Source: Bacteriovoracia bacterium (GTDB lineage Bacteria > Bdellovibrionota > UBA1018 > CAIPTA01). From it: a stretch of DNA of 64,000 nt. The notes beneath the pieces were generated by a model. It ran no database searches. It saw only the letters and a program-made list of their open reading frames with translations, and was not told the origin of the DNA. The position numbers and the translations under genes were made by a program. Positions 40,776-49,460 of this stretch are shown here, piece by piece. Numbering within the stretch: position 1 is the stretch's first letter; every line of letters starts with the position of its first letter. Location: positions 64,001 through 128,000 of the forward strand of contig JBFWVL010000001.1 of assembly GCA_050246755.1 (NCBI GenBank), read 5' to 3'.

Positions 40776-41851
40776 GGATAACCCCGGGCACGCAGCTTCC
40801 CGATCACCAGCTCCGGGCTGAGATCATATAGGCACTTTCTCGTGCCGAATCTCCAGCAAATTTTCCCGGTCTTCGAGCAAGGCCGGCAGATTAAATTGAG
40901 CCCCAGCAACAAAGATCCTTCCCGGTAAGGCGAAAATCCCATGCTCTCGTGAGTGGGGCCTTCGATCATGGCCACGTCTTTTCCCAACGCTTCGGCGATA
41001 TGTACCATGCCCGTGTCGTTACCGATCACCCAGCGAGCCTGAGCCAGCACCGCCATGCTTTCCCGCAGGTTCGTTACCCCACGCAGCGATCGGCTTTCCG
41101 GATTCACTTCTTTGGCGCCCGCGGCCACGAGATCGCACGCCACGTCTTTTTCTCCGCCCAGCACCACCACCGGAACTTTCTGTGCCAGCGCCTGCGCCAG
41201 TTCGGCGAAATAGGGCCATTCCTTGCCTTTCCAAGCACTCACCGGCAATAACGCCACGAAATCTCCGGCCGGCAAGATATCTTTCACCCTGGCTTTTTCT
41301 TCCGCGGAAACCACCAGCTTCGTGGCGAACCCAGGTGAGGGGGCCACGTGGTTTTCCCTCGCGAGCGAAGCCAATGCCACGCGCCAAAACTTTCGCGCCC
41401 TGCCTCCGCGTCCGAACCCAACCCAGGCCCCCAGGCGGCCCAACAGGATAAGCCACTCTCTCAGCCTCTCTTTTTTGGCTACGTATACCGGAGCGCTTTT
41501 TCGCAGGCGGCGGCGCCAGTTCCAGGTGCGCCAGGAATCTTGCAGGTCGAGCACGAAATCAAATTGCTGGCTCTCAAACCAGGCGAAGAATTTTTCACGC
41601 GCTGCGCCCTCACCCTCGGCACGAGGATCGAAAACATGAACGGCGGCGATATCGGGCTGCCCCGTGATAATCGGAGCGAAGCTATTTTTCGTCACAAAAG
41701 AAAGCTCGCAGCCCGCCTGGCGAAGAGGCGCAAGCACCGAGGTAGCGAGCACTAAGTCTCCGAGGGAACTTAAACGAATCACTAAGATTTTTTTGCGCTC
41801 GCTCTGCAACCATTCACTCCTGAGCCAGACGCCAAACGGCTCCGATCCCAA
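40769..41851 (-). CDS. Glycosyltransferase family 9 (LPS heptosyltransferase-like); start uncertain
   Basis: KILVIRLSSLGDLVL, FD.VLDLQ, KEWP, GNDTG.VHIAEALG and CRPC..C..C. Confidence 0.9.
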   Translation of the reverse strand: MGSEPFGVWLRSEWLQSERKKILVIRLSSLGDLVLATSVLAPLRQAGCELSFVTKNSFAPIITGQPDIAAVHVFDPRAEGEGAAREKFFAWFESQQFDFVLDLQDSWRTWNWRRRLRKSAPVYVAKKERLREWLILLGRLGAWVGFGRGGRARKFWRVALASLARENHVAPSPGFATKLVVSAEEKARVKDILPAGDFVALLPVSAWKGKEWPYFAELAQALAQKVPVVVLGGEKDVACDLVAAGAKEVNPESRSLRGVTNLRESMAVLAQARWVIGNDTGMVHIAEALGKDVAMIEGPTHESMGFSPYREGSLLLGLNLICRPCSKTGKICWRFGTRKCLYDLSPELVIGKLRARGYPC

Positions 41852-41983
41852 TTTTCGGCCCCGAAAAACCTATACATTTTACACGTGACGCTACTGCTTT
41901 GATTTCCTTTTCGTAACCAAGTGTTTCCCACTAATCGTTTGCTTTCAAGGGCTTTCCTGCTAAAAACTTTGTGGTCAAGTGCG

Positions 41984-41999
41984 TGGCACGCTGATTGCT
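41984..41999 (+). promoter_or_regulatory. Sigma-54 (-24/-12) promoter
   Basis: TGGCACGCTGATTGCT matches the TGGCAC-N5-TTGCW consensus; 90 bp before ATG 42089. Confidence 0.8.
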
Positions 42000-42088
42000 C
42001 AGGGAGCGACTGGAGAGCTGGGGAAAACGGGTTTCAGTAAATCCGAAACTACGGCCGCAAACTTAGTGACCTAAAATTTTGGGGGAAT

Positions 42089-43030
42089 ATGAAACAAGTG
42101 AAACTATTGATGGGAATTTCTTTCGCGGCGATTTTCGCGGCTCAACCAGTTCTCGCGGATTCTTCCGCGGCCGTTTCCACGAGTTCCAGCCCTTCGAATG
42201 CGTTCCTCGCCAACGTGGCTAAGAATTTAAAAGCCAGCTATCTCTTCGAATTGATCGGTCCCACCACTCAATCCCTCTCCGGAAATACCGACGGCAACGG
42301 AACTAAATTAAATATCAACCACTATGCCGGCCTCGGGTATCGCCTCGGCGGCAAGTGGAGCATCGGTTTCACCCAGCCCTTCTCGCAGAATATCGACGAG
42401 TACGAGCAAAATGGCCTCACCGCCGATGGCAGGCCGGCTCCCGACGCCTTCGAAGCCGGCGATCCCTACGTTTCGATCAATAATTCCCGCATCATGGGTA
42501 GCAACTTTCTCAACGCCACTGTATCCGGCCAGCTTCGCTACTACGCTCCTCTTTCCAAGGCGACGATCAACGCCGCGAACGACGCGAAGTCGACCGAATC
42601 GGGTAACGGAAGATTCCGCGCGCTCCTGAATCCCGCCATTTCCGTAATGGATGGAGCCATCGAAATCTCGGCTCCCACTTTCTTCTACTACCAGCTTGCC
42701 CGCCGCAGCGATGCGGAGCGAGCCGCCGCCAATAAAGGCAATCCTTCCCGCCGCGACTATCGCATCCTTCCCTCGCTTATCGTAGGCTACCAAGCCACCA
42801 AAGACGTGCAGCCCTATATCGAACAAGGCGTGCTCTTGAACCACTTCACCCACAATAATAACCGATTCTCCAAGTTCGATGATGCGAGCGACGGTTACTA
42901 CGTGTCTCCCGGAGCCAATATTAACGTGGGTAAAAAACTCAGCTTAAACGTGGCGGCCTACCTTGGCCCCTACGCTTTCAACGTGAAGAAGTCTTCGCTC
43001 TACTTCGCCGCCACCTACGTTTTCCTCTAA
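42089..43030 (+). CDS. Probable outer-membrane beta-barrel protein
   Basis: Signal peptide (..VLA), alternating aromatic/polar strands, C-terminal ATYVFL, own terminator. Confidence 0.7.
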   Translation: MKQVKLLMGISFAAIFAAQPVLADSSAAVSTSSSPSNAFLANVAKNLKASYLFELIGPTTQSLSGNTDGNGTKLNINHYAGLGYRLGGKWSIGFTQPFSQNIDEYEQNGLTADGRPAPDAFEAGDPYVSINNSRIMGSNFLNATVSGQLRYYAPLSKATINAANDAKSTESGNGRFRALLNPAISVMDGAIEISAPTFFYYQLARRSDAERAAANKGNPSRRDYRILPSLIVGYQATKDVQPYIEQGVLLNHFTHNNNRFSKFDDASDGYYVSPGANINVGKKLSLNVAAYLGPYAFNVKKSSLYFAATYVFL

Positions 43031-43060
43031 GCCGTTAAAAGCTAGTCCTACCAACGAATT

Positions 43061-43090
43061 AGGCTCCGCCCCCCGCGGAGCCTTTTTTTT
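43061..43090 (+). terminator. Intrinsic terminator
   Basis: AGGCTCCGC-cccc-GCGGAGCCT followed by a T run. Confidence 0.9.
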
Positions 43091-43116
43091 CGCCTCAGGA
43101 TGGGTATCATAGGGAA

Positions 43117-43911
43117 ATGAACGCCAAAGAGCCTACCTGGTTCGTGAGAATTCAGGGCCATACCCTTGGCCCTCTCACTACCGACGAGCTAAAAGCCAGC
43201 GTAAGGGAAGGCGAGATCGGCCCAAGCGACAAGCTCACTATTTCGGGCGCAAACGAATGGCAAACGCTCGAAGACCACGACGACCTTTTGGCTTACTGGA
43301 AAAGCTTTCATAAACCCGCGCTTTCTTTCAGTCTGCCTTCGCCAAAAATTCTTTGGAAAAAAAAGGCCGCGCCGCCGGAACCGCCTCCCGTGATGGAGCC
43401 CGCGCCGAAGATAGAAGCAAAAAAAGCAGAGCAGGAAGCACCCCCACCGGCCAAAGCAGTCTCGGCCCCTAAGCCAAAAGCCGCGAAGCCGAAAAAATCC
43501 AAGCCGACTAAGAAAACGAAGGCCCCGCTAAAGGCCAAAAAAAAACCGGTTCCTCAGCCGGCCAAGGAAGAGATCCGGGAAGCCGAGCCCGTGGAAGTTC
43601 CGGAGAAAATAGTAGACGCCGTTTTTCCCGATCGCCCGCCCGTTCCCGATCTGGTGGTCCATATCCCGGAGGTACCGAGATTCTCCGCCCAGCCGGAATC
43701 GCGAAAGAAAAAATTTCGCATCGCAGCTATCGCGGCGGCCGTTTTCGTTGTGATTTTAGGTGTGGCGGGAATAAGCTATTGGGCCGGAAAAAAAACGAGG
43801 GACCTGAAAGAGTTTCCCCTTCCAGATCCCTCTAGCCCCACTTCACAACCCTCAACGGCGGGTGACCCTGTCCTGCCGTTAAGAGCGCCTACTCGTCCCC
43901 AGAGAGATTAA
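43117..43911 (+). CDS. GYF_2/DUF4339-domain membrane protein with Pro/Lys-rich linker
   Basis: WFVR..G..LGP....EL....EG.I...D.....W..L; low-complexity linker; one TM helix. Confidence 0.75.
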   Translation: MNAKEPTWFVRIQGHTLGPLTTDELKASVREGEIGPSDKLTISGANEWQTLEDHDDLLAYWKSFHKPALSFSLPSPKILWKKKAAPPEPPPVMEPAPKIEAKKAEQEAPPPAKAVSAPKPKAAKPKKSKPTKKTKAPLKAKKKPVPQPAKEEIREAEPVEVPEKIVDAVFPDRPPVPDLVVHIPEVPRFSAQPESRKKKFRIAAIAAAVFVVILGVAGISYWAGKKTRDLKEFPLPDPSSPTSQPSTAGDPVLPLRAPTRPQRD

Positions 43912-44058
43912 CCATCCTGGTTTCCCCACGCCGGCTTCCTTGCTGACGCCCAAATTCTTCTCCCCCGATCGGAATTTGGTTCTAAGTATTCATAGGCTTT
44001 TTCGGAGAAATCCTTTTCCCAACTCCGCCCCATCCTAGAGCGGTTTATCCTGCCCGGC

Positions 44059-44166
44059 TCACGCCACGAGCAGTAAAGAACCTAAAGTGACCCCAAAGAA
44101 AACAAAGATCCAAGCCGCCGCGAGCACGAGTGCCGGACTCCAGTTCGTATTTTTCGTACTCTTCAT
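44059..44166 (-). CDS. 35-aa single-TM small protein (below the ORF-track cut-off)
   Basis: MKSTKNTNWSPALVLAAAWIFVFFGVTLGSLLLVA; AGGGAG 5 nt before the ATG; sigma-54 motif upstream. Confidence 0.6.
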   Translation of the reverse strand: MKSTKNTNWSPALVLAAAWIFVFFGVTLGSLLLVA

Positions 44167-44210
44167 CTAAGCTCCCTGCCCTCATCTTGAAGGCTTCTTA
44201 CCCTAACCAT

Positions 44211-44226
44211 AGCAGCGGTTGTGCCA
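44211..44226 (-). promoter_or_regulatory. Sigma-54 (-24/-12) promoter candidate
   Basis: Minus strand TGGCACAACCGCTGCT, with GG-N10-GC spacing. Confidence 0.65.
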
Positions 44227-44404
44227 GGCCAAGGCCTTACGTAAGTACGCAGATTTCCGTGGCGCTCCGGCTCTAATCTGCTAAAAACGGGGCAAGGTTT
44301 TTACTAGGTGGGGCCACGAGGCCAAATTGACACCGCCGGCGTGCGCAAAGTGCTCCCGGCTATGCCAAAATCTCGGGGCTAAAAAATATAGGTTGTGGAG
44401 ATCT

Positions 44405-45463
44405 ATGGGGCTGCAAGGCGCGCTTCGCTTAAATGGGGTATCTAAGCTTTTCGGCGGCGATGCAAATGGCGCCGGCGTTCGCGATCTGAATATCGAAATT
44501 CAGCCGGGCGAGGGCTTTTCCTTGCTCGGCCCCTCGGGCTGCGGAAAATCCACCACGCTGCGCCTGATCGGCGGATTCGAAAGCCCCGATCAAGGCCGCA
44601 TCCTCCACGGCAATACCGACATCACCGATCTTCCGCCGCAGAAGCGCGAGATCCGCACCGTGTTCCAGCGCTACGCGCTTTTTCCCCACCTCGATGTGCG
44701 CGCGAATATTTCCTTCGGCCTGCGCATGCAGAAAAAAACCGATACGGAAATTTCCAAAAAAGTAGACTGGGCCATCCAGCTCCTGCAAATTTCCCACCTC
44801 GAGCAGCGCGCCGTTTCGCAGCTCTCGGGCGGCGAACAGCAGCGCGTGGCGCTCGCGCGCGCGCTCGTGACGGAGCCTTCGGTTCTGTTACTGGATGAGC
44901 CGCTTTCGGCGCTCGATCTGAAACTGCGCGAGCGCATGCAGCTCGAGCTCCTCGCCCTTCGCCATAAACTAGGTTCGAGCTTCTTATTCGTGACCCACGA
45001 TCAGGGCGAAGCCATGACCCTCTCCGATCGCATCGCCGTGATGAAGAGTGGGCGCATCGTGCAGGTGGGTACGCCCTACGATATCTACCACCGCCCGAGC
45101 TCGCGCTTCGTGGCGGAGTTCATCGGCCAGGCGAATTTTCTTCCGCAGAGCAAAACCGCGTTGCTCACCGGCGACCTCGCCCGCCTGCCGAAAATCGCTG
45201 GCGGCCAGGATTGGATGGTGCGTCCTGAGCATTTCACCCCCCGCGCGCTCGGCTGGCAGCCGCCCGGAGGATTCGTGGCGGTGCAGGCGCGCGTGAACGA
45301 AACGGCCTTCCTCGGCCCCGAGTGGATCATTAAGTGCACCGATAAAGATGGTTTCACCTACTTGCTCAAAACTCCGGGCTTCGAGCCTCTGCCCGCCAAA
45401 GTAGGAGAGGAGTTCGTTCTTTCCTGGGAAACGGAGGACACGTGGACCGTAGGCTCCTCCTGA
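44405..45463 (+). CDS. potA: Spermidine/putrescine ABC transporter ATPase
   Basis: LLGPSGCGKST, VFQRYALFPHL, LSGGEQQRVALARAL, LLDEPLSALD and FVTHDQ.EA. Confidence 0.88.
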   Translation: MGLQGALRLNGVSKLFGGDANGAGVRDLNIEIQPGEGFSLLGPSGCGKSTTLRLIGGFESPDQGRILHGNTDITDLPPQKREIRTVFQRYALFPHLDVRANISFGLRMQKKTDTEISKKVDWAIQLLQISHLEQRAVSQLSGGEQQRVALARALVTEPSVLLLDEPLSALDLKLRERMQLELLALRHKLGSSFLFVTHDQGEAMTLSDRIAVMKSGRIVQVGTPYDIYHRPSSRFVAEFIGQANFLPQSKTALLTGDLARLPKIAGGQDWMVRPEHFTPRALGWQPPGGFVAVQARVNETAFLGPEWIIKCTDKDGFTYLLKTPGFEPLPAKVGEEFVLSWETEDTWTVGSS

Positions 45464-46236
45464 TCTCTCCCTACATCGTTTGGCTCGTGGGTCTCGTGCT
45501 CGGTCCCTTCTTGCTCATCCTCGCCACGAGCTTCGCCCTCCGCGACGAATCCGGCGCCCTGCAATTCGGCTTTCACCTCGACGCCTACCAGCAGCTGGCC
45601 GATCCGCTCTACCTCGAAGTATTGGGACGTACCGCATTGCTCGCGCTCGCCCACTCCTTACTCACGATTGCGGCCGCCTACCCGATGGCTTTCTTCCTCT
45701 CGCGCCTCGATCGCAGCCGCGCCGGCACCTACCTCACTTTGCTCCTGGTTCCTTTCTGGACCAACTACCTCATCCGCCTCCTCGGCTTCATGGAAGTGCT
45801 GCGCTGGCGCGCCTTCGGCCTCGAGTGGACCTTCACCTCCAAGGGAATGCTCGCGGCGCTTCTCTACAACTACCTGCCCTTCGCCGTGCTGCCGCTCTAT
45901 TCGGCGCTCGAAAAAATCCCCACCTCGCTCATCGAGGCCGCGCAGGATCTCGGGGCTTCCAAGCGTCGCGTGCTCACGCAAGTGCTTTGGCCCCTCACCC
46001 GCCGCCCGCTCATCATCGTTTTTCTTCTGGTATTCATTCCCGCGCTCGGCGAATTCCTGATCCCCGCCATCGTGGGCGGCGGACGCTCCTTCTACCTCGG
46101 CACCTTCCTCGAGCAGCAATTCCTCGTTTCCCGCAACTGGCCGCTCGGCGCCGCGGCCATCGCCGTGCTGCTAGTTCTCTCGGCCACGATCCTCGTGTTC
46201 GCGGGTAAATCTTTGGCCGAGGAGGAAGCCGCATGA
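45442..46236 (+). CDS. potB: Polyamine ABC permease
   Basis: AYPMA, VPFWTNYLIR, YNYLPF..LPLY, EAA.DLGA and RNWPLGAA. Confidence 0.88.
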   Translation: MDRRLLLISPYIVWLVGLVLGPFLLILATSFALRDESGALQFGFHLDAYQQLADPLYLEVLGRTALLALAHSLLTIAAAYPMAFFLSRLDRSRAGTYLTLLLVPFWTNYLIRLLGFMEVLRWRAFGLEWTFTSKGMLAALLYNYLPFAVLPLYSALEKIPTSLIEAAQDLGASKRRVLTQVLWPLTRRPLIIVFLLVFIPALGEFLIPAIVGGGRSFYLGTFLEQQFLVSRNWPLGAAAIAVLLVLSATILVFAGKSLAEEEAA

Positions 46237-46970
46237 AAATCCTCCGCGCCTATACCATTGCGATCCTGATTTTCCTCTGGATGCCGCTCTCGGTCCTGCT
46301 CTTCAAGGGTATGTCATTGGTGGCCTTCGAGAAGCTCCTCAATAGCTCCGACGTGCTTTCCTCGTTCCGCAATTCGCTTTTGCTGGCCGCCGCCACCGCG
46401 ATCCTCACCACCGGCCTCGGCCTCACCACCGCCTTCGCCTTGCCCCTCCTCTCCACACGCCTGCGCGGTTGGGTGATTGGCTCCCTCTTGCTTCCGCTCG
46501 TACTGCCCGAGATTGCCTTCGGGATAGCCTACCTCGTATGGTTCCGCCTCCTCGGCATTCCGCTCGGCTGGACCACCCTCCTCTCCGCCCATTTCGCTTT
46601 CTGCTTCTGCTACGTGGTGCTCGTGCTGAAATCCAGCGTGGCCCAGCTCGACCCATCCCTCAGCGATGCGGCGCGCGATCTCGGAGCCAATAGCCTGATG
46701 GTTTTTCGTCACGCGATTCTTCCCCAGCTCTGGCCGGGACTCATCGCCGGCGCGATGATGGCTTTCAGCCTCTCGCTCGATGATTTCCTCATCACCTTCT
46801 TCGTAAAGGGCATCGATCAGCTCACGCTGCCGATTAAGCTCTACTCCATGATGCGGCTTCGCCTAGGAGTGGAAGTGTATGCGCTCTCGGTCATACTCTT
46901 TGGAATTTCGGTGATTTCTGTAGTAATCACTCAGCTATGGTTCATCCAATCGCAAAAGCAAAAACGTTAG
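46233..46970 (+). CDS. potC: Polyamine ABC permease
   Basis: LPEI..G, DAARDLGA, AFSLSLDDF.ITFF and TLPIKLYSM.R. Confidence 0.88.
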   Translation: MKILRAYTIAILIFLWMPLSVLLFKGMSLVAFEKLLNSSDVLSSFRNSLLLAAATAILTTGLGLTTAFALPLLSTRLRGWVIGSLLLPLVLPEIAFGIAYLVWFRLLGIPLGWTTLLSAHFAFCFCYVVLVLKSSVAQLDPSLSDAARDLGANSLMVFRHAILPQLWPGLIAGAMMAFSLSLDDFLITFFVKGIDQLTLPIKLYSMMRLRLGVEVYALSVILFGISVISVVITQLWFIQSQKQKR

Positions 46971-48013
46971 CCCTTTGCCTCCTGCTCGCCGCAATGCCGG
47001 CTTGCACGAAAAAAGATTCCGCTCCCCAGAATGAGCTCCGCCTCTTCACCTGGAGTGAATATTTCCCCGATGAAGTGATCCGTGAATTCGAGAAAGAAAA
47101 TAACGCCAAAGTTCGCGTGGATTATTTCTCCTCGAACGAGCAATTACTCACCAAGCTCCAACTCTCTTCCGGCAACGCCGAGGAAGCCTACGATTTGATT
47201 TTGCCCTCGGATTTCATCGTGAAAACGATGGCCGAAATGAAACTCCTGAAAGAGCTAGATCACGCTTCGATGCCCTTCCTCGCCGACTTCGACCCCAAGG
47301 CCAAGCCCGACTACGACCCCGCCATGAAATACTCGGTGCCCATGGCCATCGGCACCACCGGCGTGGCGATCAATACGAAGCTGCTTCCCCGCTTCCTAAA
47401 AGACGCAAAGAACGGCATCACCTGGAAAGAGATCCTCGAGAGCCCCGAATTTAAGGGCAAAGTAACCCTGCTCGACGACACAAAAGAAGTGCTCCAGCTT
47501 GGCCTCCTGATGAACGGCAAGAACATCATCAACGCCACCGAGGCCGACGTGAAAACCGCCTTCGCCTACCTGAAAGCCCACAAGGCCCAGCTCAAGGGCT
47601 TCACCACCGAAACCCGGCCCGTGATCGAAGCCGATGAATGCGCCATCTGTATGGTGTATTCCGGCGATGCTCTCTCGGTGGGTAAGACCAAACCCGAGAT
47701 TATTTTTCTTATGCCTAAAGACGGCGCCACCATCTGGGCCGATAACTTCGCCATCCCCGCCAACGCCCGCAATCCGGCCCTGGCCTATAAGTTCATGGCC
47801 AAGGTGCTCTCGCCCGAAGGCGGCCAGCGCTTCACCGAACGCACCGGCTACCGCACCCCCAATACCAAAGCCCGCGCCTTGCTGTCCAAAGAAGTGGCCG
47901 CGAACGCTTCGATCTTTCCGGCTTTGAATCCTAAGCAGTTCCACTATCTGGTGGAGCGCAAGGATTTGGCCCTGCTTTCCGATAAGGAATGGGCATTGCT
48001 GAAATCGTTATAA
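46937..48013 (+). CDS. potD: Polyamine ABC substrate-binding lipoprotein
   Basis: LFTWSEY, SSNEQL..KL, YDLILPSD, GTTG, YSGDA and WADNFAIP. Confidence 0.88.
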   Translation: MVHPIAKAKTLALCLLLAAMPACTKKDSAPQNELRLFTWSEYFPDEVIREFEKENNAKVRVDYFSSNEQLLTKLQLSSGNAEEAYDLILPSDFIVKTMAEMKLLKELDHASMPFLADFDPKAKPDYDPAMKYSVPMAIGTTGVAINTKLLPRFLKDAKNGITWKEILESPEFKGKVTLLDDTKEVLQLGLLMNGKNIINATEADVKTAFAYLKAHKAQLKGFTTETRPVIEADECAICMVYSGDALSVGKTKPEIIFLMPKDGATIWADNFAIPANARNPALAYKFMAKVLSPEGGQRFTERTGYRTPNTKARALLSKEVAANASIFPALNPKQFHYLVERKDLALLSDKEWALLKSL

Positions 48014-48074
48014 TTTTAGTAAGTTAGGCTATTAAGCTAAATCAGAACGCGAAAAGTACGCCGCGGATTTTCCC

Positions 48075-49418
48075 TTAGCGCCAGTCGCCCTTAGCCGCCA
48101 TGTCCGCGAACATCCCCTCGAGGATCTCGCAGCCGGCGTCCACCGTATCGGCGTCGATATTCAACGAAGGCTGCAAACGGATCGTAGGCTTATAGCTCAT
48201 CGCCAAGATCCCGCGCGAAACACCCTCTTTGTAGAATTCCTTCATGCGGGCCTCAGAAACGGGCTCCTTCGTCTGGCGATCCTTCACGAGCTCTAGCCCC
48301 AGAAACAAACCTTTGCCGCGCACTTCGCCCACAAATTCAAACTTCTCTTTGAAACGCTGCAGGTGGCCCAAGAGCCTCTCCCCCATCCGCGCCGAGTTCT
48401 CACAAAGCTTTTCTTCCTCAATTACTTTGATGGTGGTGAGCGCGGCGGTGGCCGCTAAAGGATTGCCGCCGTAAGAAGAAGAAGAGCCGGATGGATTCGA
48501 CCAAGGCTTCGCCTGCGCGATCTCCGAGGTGGTGAGCACTCCGCTCACGGGGAATCCGCCGCCGAAGCTCTTGCCCACGGTGATGATATCGGGCTCCACG
48601 CCGAAATCGTCGGACACAAAGAAGGAACCCGTGCGGCCAAAGCCCGTGATCATCTCATCGCAGATGAGGAGCGCGCCGAGTCGTTTGGTGGCTTCCTGCA
48701 TGGCTTTCAGCCAGCCTTTCGGCGGCACGATATTGCCAGCCGTGCCTTGGCAGGGCTCCACGATCACGGCGGCGATCGCGCCGGTGGTCTGGGTGCGCGC
48801 GGATTTTTCGAACATGTCCACGCAGGCCATGGCGCAGGAATCGGGCTGCTTGCCCAAAGGGCAGCGGTAGCAATCCGGAAAAGCGGGCAAGGTATGGCAG
48901 CCAGGCGCGAAGGGGCCGTATTTGGCCTTTTGTCCGTCGCCAAGCAGGCCCATCACGCCGAGGGTTTTGCCGTGAAAACCTCCCCAGAGAGAAAGGAATT
49001 CCCATTTACCGGTATAGCATTTCGCCAGGCGCATCGCGGATTCCACGGCTTCGGCGCCGCCGGAATAGAGCTGGAGCTGGTCGATCTTGCCGGGCGCATG
49101 CTCGGCCACTTTGGCCACAAGCTCGGCGCGGGAGCGCGAAGTGAAGGTGCCCACGGAGATCTTTGCCAATTGTTCTTGCAGGGCTTTTACGTATTTCGGG
49201 TGGGAATGGCCGAGTCCGTTCACGCCGATGCCGCCGATGAAATCGATGTACTCGTTGCCATCCACATCGGTGAGCCAGGAGCCCTCACCCTTCTCCATCG
49301 CCACGCCGGCCATGAGGGCGAAGCCCTGCAAACCAGGCGCGAGATTTTTTTGCTCGGCAGAAAAAATGGCGGAGGACTTGGGGCCGGGGACAACGGTGGT
49401 TCGTTTCGGTTTGCGCAT
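48075..49418 (-). CDS. Class III PLP-dependent aminotransferase
   Basis: DVDGNEYIDF, SGGAEAVE, GFHGKT, EPCQG, DEMITGFGRTG, PDIITVGK and SYGGNP. Confidence 0.93.
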   Translation of the reverse strand: MRKPKRTTVVPGPKSSAIFSAEQKNLAPGLQGFALMAGVAMEKGEGSWLTDVDGNEYIDFIGGIGVNGLGHSHPKYVKALQEQLAKISVGTFTSRSRAELVAKVAEHAPGKIDQLQLYSGGAEAVESAMRLAKCYTGKWEFLSLWGGFHGKTLGVMGLLGDGQKAKYGPFAPGCHTLPAFPDCYRCPLGKQPDSCAMACVDMFEKSARTQTTGAIAAVIVEPCQGTAGNIVPPKGWLKAMQEATKRLGALLICDEMITGFGRTGSFFVSDDFGVEPDIITVGKSFGGGFPVSGVLTTSEIAQAKPWSNPSGSSSSYGGNPLAATAALTTIKVIEEEKLCENSARMGERLLGHLQRFKEKFEFVGEVRGKGLFLGLELVKDRQTKEPVSEARMKEFYKEGVSRGILAMSYKPTIRLQPSLNIDADTVDAGCEILEGMFADMAAKGDWR

Positions 49419-49426
49419 AAAATCTC

Positions 49427-49453
49427 AAAAAAAACGCCCGTTTTCACGGGCGC
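49427..49453 (-). terminator. Intrinsic terminator between ino1 and the aminotransferase
   Basis: Minus strand GCGCCCGT-gaaa-ACGGGCGT followed by a T run. Confidence 0.75.
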
Positions 49454-49460
49454 CCTTTTC

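Noticed and set aside
42000-42088. Possible c-di-GMP riboswitch in the leader of the barrel gene
   Set aside because: Only a short GTTTC/GAAAC hairpin; the GEMM two-stem consensus is not recognisable
43380-43600. Pro/Lys/Ala-rich repetitive stretch
   Set aside because: It is a low-complexity protein linker, not a DNA repeat array
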